From Yoonia sp. (GTDB lineage Archaea > Thermoplasmatota > Poseidoniia > Poseidoniales > Poseidoniaceae), in assembly GCA_964230945.1 (NCBI GenBank), contig CAXRJJ010000034.1, positions 1 through 60,629 of the forward strand: a DNA stretch of 60,629 nucleotides. The letters run 5' to 3'. Below, in pieces: positions 54,650-60,629 of this stretch (its first letter is position 1; each line of letters starts with the position of its first letter). The translations under genes and the position numbers were made by a program. The notes beneath the pieces were generated by a model. That model worked only from the letters and a program-made list of their open reading frames with translations, was not told where the DNA came from and did not search any database.

Positions 54650-57600
54650 GTGAAACATCCCGACAAGTCAAGATTTATGGTATCGGCAAAGTCGGTATTT
54701 CTTGTATTTCTGCTGCTGTGTAGTATTCCAGCACTGCAATTGTCTGCTGCTACTGACGGAGATGGAGATGGCATAGATGATGCATTGGATGATTGTGAAT
54801 TCGCGGCTGGAAACAGCACTATCGATTTTACAGGTTGTCCTGATCAAGATGGTGATGGAAACCCAGATTTCATCGGAGTAAATTATCCAGCATGGAATGA
54901 CTCATCACGGGAGCTATACCATTCAGGTGGAGACTCTAGAGCGGTTACTTGGTCTCCTGATGGCATGTACATTGCAGGTGCAGGAGATGGCAATGTGAAT
55001 CTGTATTGGGTTGGTGGCTTGCTTACAGTTCTGCATACCATCGATGAAAATGTCAGGGCTTTGAAATTCTCGCCTAACGGGTCTTATCTCGCAGTAGGTG
55101 GATATGAAGAAGATCAATGGGAGAATCGATATGGGTGGATGTTAGTTTTGGAGATGAATTGGGCATCACTTACTGCTACGGTTGTTCAGAATCTTTCTTC
55201 GATGCACCCTGATACTGATGTGCCAAGCCTCGCATGGTCATCGAATGGCTCTTATCTCTATACGGGAGCTGATAATGAGATACGCAGATTTTCAGTTCAT
55301 GATAACTGGATGATGGATATGAATTACTCCTATTATTCCGGAAATGTATGGGCTTTGGATACTAGTCCGGATGACAGGTTGATTGCAGGTATTTCTGGTG
55401 GCGGGGAACTCAAGGTATACTGGGCAGAAAATGGTACTTCTTACATGGAATTCAACAATCACACCGGTAGCCATGCACTGGGTTTAGAATTCAGTCCTGA
55501 TGGCCGTTGGTTGTTAACGGGAGGTTTTGATAACATGGTTAATATCTATAATGTTTCCAATAAGTCTCTATACGATTCAATCCTGATTGGATCAGATGTT
55601 TATGGCATTTCATTCCATCCAAAGGGTTCGCATTTTATCTTGGCAAGGCAGAGTTCTTCTGCATTAATTTACGACTCAGAGAATTGGGAACTTTCCAGTA
55701 GTTTTGGTTCATTTGGTAGTAGCAACAATAATCGGGGTTTGCGCGCAGTCGAGTGGTCTCCTTCGGAGTATGCTATAGCATTTGGTCAGCGGCGAGGAAG
55801 AATAGTAACTCATGTTGTGGATGAAGGATATATGCAGATTTCAGGAGGAGAATTGACTTATGGACTTGAAGAGGATTGGCGTCAGGAATGGCAGCCCAAC
55901 CATGGTAAATTGGTCGGTACTCAAAATATGAATAGTTATTTTGGCACAGTTGGGTTATGCTCGAATAATGGAATTCTACATGCATCTGTACAAGGTCCCG
56001 ATACTACTTATGTTTCTGAGGATGCAAACTACAGTAGCAATGGGCAACTCGATTGCTTGACCAGTGCAGATACTTTATTGGAAATTCCAATCGGTAGAGT
56101 TCCAATGACTTTCGCGGTAAAGCAATCTGGATTAATTGATTCATGCCTTTCTTCTATAGGTGGCTTAACTACGGGTCAACTTCGTTGGTTCCTTTCGGGT
56201 TCCAGTGAAAATGCACTTGCCGCTGGAATAGGAGAATTGCCTGGATTAAATATTAGCTCTGTAGCTCCAAACGATGATACTGATGGCATCAAGGAATGGT
56301 CAGATATCTCCAGTAACTGTCCAGAAGATGAGATGGTATTCGTTCATGAATGGGAGAATAAGACCGATTCTGCAATTCTAATGAAAGAGTTGTTTTGCAG
56401 CGGTTGCCAACAGAAGGATTCACTGTATTCACATTCTAATGATAGAGCGAGATTTCAGGTTGAATATCCATCTGAAGTTCTTGACGGATTAAATGGACCT
56501 GCAGGTGATTCTTTACTTGGCATGGTCGACCTGATGTATGCTACAAACAATCCTGCTGGGATATCCTTAGTTCCTATAGTTGACAATCTTACGCATGGAA
56601 TTGTAGACGCTTTGGCTGCAGGTGATGTTGCCGTTCAAGCAACCTACAACAATTCACGCGATGGCCTATGGCCTGTGCAGAGTGATTACACCTATTTGAT
56701 CAACAGTAATGATATCGAGGATAAGCGTTCATTCATCGAATGGTCATTGGATACCAATGGCATCATATTTTGGGAAAACCATGAATTCGTCAGGCTGAGC
56801 ATACTTGATCAGGTAAGGTCTTGGGCAATTATGGGACATGACAGGACCTGGATGTTACCTGATGATGATGGGGATGGAATTTGGGATGGAGATGACCAAT
56901 GTGAAAATACTCCTTCAGGTAGCATCGTTGATGAAAATGGCTGTGCAGAAGTTCAACTGGATGATGATTCAGATGGAATAAATAATGCCTTGGATGATTG
57001 TGATACCTCGTTTGGCAATGCAACGCAATCTCCCTATGTTGGCTGTCCTGATCAAGATGGTGATGGGTACGCAGATGTCGATGATTCCTTTGTTCAGGAT
57101 TCAAGCCAGTGGAGAGATTCAGACTTGGATGGTTTCGGCGACAATCCATTGGGCAATCAAGCAGATAGCTGCCCAGATGTGGTAGGTAATTCTACAGAGG
57201 ATAGATTCGGCTGTATAGATGAGGACGGCGATGGATGGTCTAATGCTGATGAGTCAGGAGAATGGGGTATTGAGAATGGCTCTGATGCCTTCCCAAGCGA
57301 TTCTTTGCAATGGAAAGACAGTGATTCTGATGGTTATGGAGATAATTACTACTGGCAGGGCGAATCAGACGCGAGGGTGAACCAAAGTGGAGACAGTTTC
57401 ATTGATGACCCAAGCCAATGGTGGGATCGAGATGGCGATGGTTTCGGAGATGAGGTCAATGGAACCAATGGTGATAACTGTCCAGATGTTCCTGGAACTT
57501 CAATCAAGAATGAGACTTATGGTTGTATAGATAGTGATGGTGATGGTTATGCTGACAGCATAGATGATTTGCCTCAGGAATCTACCCAATGGTGGGACCG

Positions 57601-58615
57601 TGATGGAGATGGAAAGGGAGACAATCCAGTTGGTGCATCGGCTGATCAGTGCCCAGATACTTTAGCGGAAGAAAAGGACATGATCAATTACGAAGGTTGT
57701 GGTCCAAGTGAGCGAGATTCGGATTATGATGGAATAACGGATGCTATGGATGATTGTCCTAATACTTCTCCGTTTGAAGTCATCAAGGTCGATTCAAACG
57801 GCTGTGCTCCTTCTGAGGTTGATAGTGATGGAGACGGGGTATCTGATGATCTTGATTGGGCGCCTCTTGATGCAAATCAGAGTAGTGACGATGACGAGGA
57901 CGGCTTTGGCGACAATCATTTGGCTCCAGACGGTGATGACTGCCCAGAAACTGCAGGAACCAGCACGAAGGACAGACGCGGTTGCATAGACAGTGATGGA
58001 GATGGTTACAGCGACCCCGATTCCACATGGTCAATTCCACAAGGCGCTGATTGGCGCAGTTCAGATCCAACTCAATGGTCTGATTCGGATGGAGATGGTT
58101 ATGGGGATAATTGGGGTAATCCTGAATGGAATGAAAGCAGGAACTCCAGTTGGCCAGGAACTTTTGTTCCCTCTGCTAGTAAGCCTGACAAATGTCCTTT
58201 ACAGGCTTATGAATATGCACAATCTGATGGTTGTCCACCCGATGATTCAGTTCAAGATGATGAATCTGATAGTCTGTCTGACGACACTTCCAGTGGTTCT
58301 GACACGACTTTGATGTACGGATTAGCAGCTTTGGGTGGAATTGTAGTTCTCGGATTAGTCGGTGCTGTTGTAGTGCTCTTGAGAAAGCCACCCCCTACTA
58401 GGAAAAGACCCACAAAAGAACCAGAGGTAGTACATGAAGAAGAGCCTGTAGTCGAGAACGTCGATGCGGTTACTTGGGTTCAATCGTGGGAAGAGTTGCC
58501 TTCTGGCGGGGAATATTTGCCTGCAGATTCAAATGGGACTGTATGGTACAGAACTCTAGAAGGAGAACACTGGCAACAGGAACATGACCAGTCATGGAGC
58601 CTATGGCAAGGATGA
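54650..58615 (+). CDS. Giant surface protein: WD40 beta-propeller + PstS-like periplasmic-binding-fold domain + thrombospondin type-3 Ca-binding repeat array + TM + 77-aa cytoplasmic tail
   Basis: GTG start (ATG alternative at 54677). Signal/anchor SVFLVFLLLCSIPALQLSAA. WD40-like blades include VTWSPDGMYIAGAGDGNVNLYW, LKFSPNGSYLAVGG, LAWSSNGSYLYTGADNEIRRF, LEFSPDGRWLLTGGFDNMVNIYNV and ISFHPKGSHFILA. A PBP-like stretch follows (LTTGQLRWFLSG...IKEWSDIS). More than 10 TSP3 units are present (GCPDQDGDGYAD, DSDLDGFGDN, GCIDEDGDGWSN, DSDSDGYGDN, DRDGDGFGDE, ...). TM LAALGGIVVLGLVGAVVVLL. Confidence 0.85.
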   Translation: MKHPDKSRFMVSAKSVFLVFLLLCSIPALQLSAATDGDGDGIDDALDDCEFAAGNSTIDFTGCPDQDGDGNPDFIGVNYPAWNDSSRELYHSGGDSRAVTWSPDGMYIAGAGDGNVNLYWVGGLLTVLHTIDENVRALKFSPNGSYLAVGGYEEDQWENRYGWMLVLEMNWASLTATVVQNLSSMHPDTDVPSLAWSSNGSYLYTGADNEIRRFSVHDNWMMDMNYSYYSGNVWALDTSPDDRLIAGISGGGELKVYWAENGTSYMEFNNHTGSHALGLEFSPDGRWLLTGGFDNMVNIYNVSNKSLYDSILIGSDVYGISFHPKGSHFILARQSSSALIYDSENWELSSSFGSFGSSNNNRGLRAVEWSPSEYAIAFGQRRGRIVTHVVDEGYMQISGGELTYGLEEDWRQEWQPNHGKLVGTQNMNSYFGTVGLCSNNGILHASVQGPDTTYVSEDANYSSNGQLDCLTSADTLLEIPIGRVPMTFAVKQSGLIDSCLSSIGGLTTGQLRWFLSGSSENALAAGIGELPGLNISSVAPNDDTDGIKEWSDISSNCPEDEMVFVHEWENKTDSAILMKELFCSGCQQKDSLYSHSNDRARFQVEYPSEVLDGLNGPAGDSLLGMVDLMYATNNPAGISLVPIVDNLTHGIVDALAAGDVAVQATYNNSRDGLWPVQSDYTYLINSNDIEDKRSFIEWSLDTNGIIFWENHEFVRLSILDQVRSWAIMGHDRTWMLPDDDGDGIWDGDDQCENTPSGSIVDENGCAEVQLDDDSDGINNALDDCDTSFGNATQSPYVGCPDQDGDGYADVDDSFVQDSSQWRDSDLDGFGDNPLGNQADSCPDVVGNSTEDRFGCIDEDGDGWSNADESGEWGIENGSDAFPSDSLQWKDSDSDGYGDNYYWQGESDARVNQSGDSFIDDPSQWWDRDGDGFGDEVNGTNGDNCPDVPGTSIKNETYGCIDSDGDGYADSIDDLPQESTQWWDRDGDGKGDNPVGASADQCPDTLAEEKDMINYEGCGPSERDSDYDGITDAMDDCPNTSPFEVIKVDSNGCAPSEVDSDGDGVSDDLDWAPLDANQSSDDDEDGFGDNHLAPDGDDCPETAGTSTKDRRGCIDSDGDGYSDPDSTWSIPQGADWRSSDPTQWSDSDGDGYGDNWGNPEWNESRNSSWPGTFVPSASKPDKCPLQAYEYAQSDGCPPDDSVQDDESDSLSDDTSSGSDTTLMYGLAALGGIVVLGLVGAVVVLLRKPPPTRKRPTKEPEVVHEEEPVVENVDAVTWVQSWEELPSGGEYLPADSNGTVWYRTLEGEHWQQEHDQSWSLWQG

Positions 58616-58640
58616 AGGAGGCGTTCTCCGCCGCCACAAC

Positions 58641-59492
58641 ATGGCCATAGAACGGATTGCTGTGCTTGGTGCGGGACAGATGGGTAATGGAATAACTCAG
58701 GTTGCAGCCTGCGCTGGATATGAAGTATTGATGATTGATATTGAACAACAATATGTTGAAAATGGAATCAATACCATCAAATCATCTCTAGATAGGTTGG
58801 TGGCCAAGGATAGGATGAGTGCAGATGATGCAGAATCCGCATTGGCTCGAATAAGCATCTCCACAGATCGGCAAATGGCGGCAAATCATGATCTCCTGAT
58901 CGAAGCGATTCCAGAGATTCCAGAACTCAAGTATTCAACTTTCAAGGAGATGGATTCAATCTGTAAACCCGAGACCATTCTAGCATCCAATACTTCGAGC
59001 ATCAGCATTGATTCGATTGCGGCTGCAACAAATCGTCCCGACAAGGTCATTGGCATGCATTTCATGAATCCAGTTCCTTTGATGAAATTGGTCGAAGTGA
59101 TTAATGGTAGTGCAACCAGCGATGAAGTGAACAGTGCAGTTGTAAATGCTGCAGAGAAGATGGGTAAGACCGCCCTTTCTTGCAACGATTCACCAGGTTT
59201 CGTATCAAACAGAATCCTATGTCCGATGCTCAATGAAGCGATATTGACTTTGCAGGAAGGTGTTGCTGAACCTGAAGCGATTGATGGGATTATGAAACTT
59301 GGAATGAATCATCCAATTGGCCCACTTGCTCTTTCTGATTTGATTGGTCTTGATACTGTGCTGCATATCATGAATGTGCTGCATGAAGGACTTGCTGATG
59401 ACAAGTATGCTCCCGCTCCACTTTTGATTGAAATGGTGGAACAAGGAAAGCTCGGACGCAAGTCTGGAAGTGGTTTTTACAACTATAGTTGA
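58641..59492 (+). CDS. hbd: 3-hydroxyacyl-CoA / 3-hydroxybutyryl-CoA dehydrogenase
   Basis: Start at the ATG at 58641 (MAIERIAVLGAGQMGNGITQVAA). Motifs SNTSSISI, GMHFMNPVPLMKLVEVI and GFVSNRIL. The track start at 58584 overlaps the upstream gene. Confidence 0.9.
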   Translation: MAIERIAVLGAGQMGNGITQVAACAGYEVLMIDIEQQYVENGINTIKSSLDRLVAKDRMSADDAESALARISISTDRQMAANHDLLIEAIPEIPELKYSTFKEMDSICKPETILASNTSSISIDSIAAATNRPDKVIGMHFMNPVPLMKLVEVINGSATSDEVNSAVVNAAEKMGKTALSCNDSPGFVSNRILCPMLNEAILTLQEGVAEPEAIDGIMKLGMNHPIGPLALSDLIGLDTVLHIMNVLHEGLADDKYAPAPLLIEMVEQGKLGRKSGSGFYNYS

Positions 59493-60625
59493 TAGCCACC
59501 TTTACGTTTTGGCCGGTCATATTTTTTCGACATTTTACGTATTGTCCGTTTCTCTTCCTTAGATACGAATTGCAATAAATTCTGAGTATTCGGCTTTGCT
59601 TGATTGGCAGAACGCAACTGATTTCCATAGTCGAGTTTTGGTGGCCCTCCAGTACCAGCAGTGAGTATCTCTGCTCTTTGCACTCTGCGCTTGATGATGG
59701 AAGCATCACCGAAAGAACCTCGCTTTCGAACGAATGGAGTGTTTCTAGTATTGCTGAGGATGGATGGTCGCAATTGCTGGATTCTTACACCTATATTGCG
59801 CAGCGACTGTTTGAAGTTGCCCATGTGCCCTTTGAGTTTGTTCAAACGAGGTACCACACCTTCCTGCATTTTTCGCTTGGGACTGATCCACGCAGGGAAG
59901 CCAACATCTACTGGTATCCCATTGAGAGGAAGAATGAATCCCTTGAGCAATAGATGAGTGCCAGGTGGTAAATCATCAGCCCTGACCATAGCCCTACGTC
60001 TGCGTAATCTTCGACTTAGTTTCCTTAGTGCTGGCATATTGCGCAGTCTTACATTTCGATTCATTTGCATGTGTTGATCCCATAGCAGAATCGTGATTAC
60101 CAATACCCCGAGGCCCAAGAATGGTAACTGAACTGCGGCAAGTGCCGAGGTGATTATTCCGAGGAATAGAATTCCGAAACCTCGGGTGAAAGGAGACTTG
60201 CGGCTGGGATGAACTCCTTTAGATGCGGCAACTCCACATGTTATCCAAGCATTTGCTACCATAGCCTCGTCTATCCCTCTTCGGCCTTGACGAAGAGCAG
60301 CGACAGCATTGGTTGGCATGTCATCAATCATCTTACCCCACTCGATTAGCGAAGGGTCATTTGCAGCAACGACAACTTCTGGAATCCATTCATCTCGCTT
60401 GTGGTTCAGTTTGCTCTTGATTAGCCCGTGTGATCTCAACACTTCATTCAGTCCAGCAACACACGGGTGTTGAGAGTGGGCTTTCATCAAACGGACATAC
60501 AATTCCATAGCATCAGCAGTTCTACCAAGATCGAGCAGAACCAAGGAATGAGCAACATCTAATCGGACCCAAGTGTGCTTTTCATGCAAACCAGCCTGTA
60601 GATTCTCTACAATTTCTAAAGCCAT
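59483..60625 (-). CDS. Hypothetical membrane protein with very basic C-terminal region (5' end may continue beyond the window)
   Basis: 380-aa ORF reaching within 4 nt of the window edge. It has an N-terminal helical (TPR-like?) part, two TM helices (FGILFLGIITSALAAVQLPFLGLGVLVITILLW) and a K/R-rich tail. No family recognised. Confidence 0.45.
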   Translation of the reverse strand: MALEIVENLQAGLHEKHTWVRLDVAHSLVLLDLGRTADAMELYVRLMKAHSQHPCVAGLNEVLRSHGLIKSKLNHKRDEWIPEVVVAANDPSLIEWGKMIDDMPTNAVAALRQGRRGIDEAMVANAWITCGVAASKGVHPSRKSPFTRGFGILFLGIITSALAAVQLPFLGLGVLVITILLWDQHMQMNRNVRLRNMPALRKLSRRLRRRRAMVRADDLPPGTHLLLKGFILPLNGIPVDVGFPAWISPKRKMQEGVVPRLNKLKGHMGNFKQSLRNIGVRIQQLRPSILSNTRNTPFVRKRGSFGDASIIKRRVQRAEILTAGTGGPPKLDYGNQLRSANQAKPNTQNLLQFVSKEEKRTIRKMSKKYDRPKRKGGYQL

Positions 60626-60629
60626 ACTA

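Noticed and set aside
37439-58615. PGF-CTERM, PEF-CTERM or other known archaeosortase signals at the C-termini of the giant proteins
   Set aside because: None is present. Three proteins have 77-116-aa cytoplasmic tails after the TM, and the 797-aa protein has a TM plus KGIRKIE but no PGF/PEF motif.
1-60629. Mobile elements, prophage, defense islands, CRISPR-Cas, rRNA operons
   Set aside because: No transposase, integrase, Cas, restriction or capsid-like signatures were recognised in any frame. The only mobility hint is the short tRNA-Glu 3'-end duplication.

Overview
Densely packed 60.6-kb chromosomal segment of an archaeon. Archaeal markers: aEF-1beta, Rpo11/RpoL, Cbf5, TruD, GPN-loop GTPase, a DGGGP-synthase-like UbiA enzyme, a DUF106 insertase in the conserved DUF106-cmk-cbf5 order, and three archaeal-type tRNAs. 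The gene content fits a heterotrophic marine planktonic euryarchaeon such as Marine Group II/Poseidoniales; that assignment is inference only. Intergenic space is minimal: all gaps are about 200 bp or less, several convergent gene pairs abut or overlap, and many internal operon genes have Shine-Dalgarno-like GGAGG/GAGGT motifs and GTG/TTG starts. No rRNA, CRISPR array, transposase or integrase was seen. Housekeeping genes cover translation and RNA modification, argF, ribA, cmk, HMG-CoA synthase, acyl-CoA and 3-hydroxyacyl-CoA dehydrogenases, and an AlkA-like glycosylase. Interleaved with them is an unusual accessory layer. (1) Four giant signal-peptide proteins with a single C-terminal TM helix: Kelch (1517 aa), a TPP-II-like subtilase (2098 aa), a WD40 + PstS-like + thrombospondin-type-3 protein (1321 aa) and a cadherin-like/CARDB protein (797 aa). 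(2) A 1068-aa protein with no signal peptide whose first ~260 aa are a polyproline/PPG tandem array. (3) A Trx-VKOR-HTHD operon plus a second CxxC protein, suggesting extracytoplasmic disulfide formation. (4) An orphan archaeosortase-like gene. (5) Two MMPL/RND exporter paralogs, one apparently in an operon with a GT2 glycosyltransferase. The most interesting lead: the Kelch and WD40/TSP3 proteins end, on the cytoplasmic side, in the same small Trp/Tyr-rich module resembling proline-recognition folds (WW/GYF), while the window also encodes a cytoplasmic PPG-rich scaffold. Together these may form an undescribed surface-to-cytoplasm coupling system; this is hypothesis, not demonstrated. All family calls rest on motif recognition by eye, with no database search.
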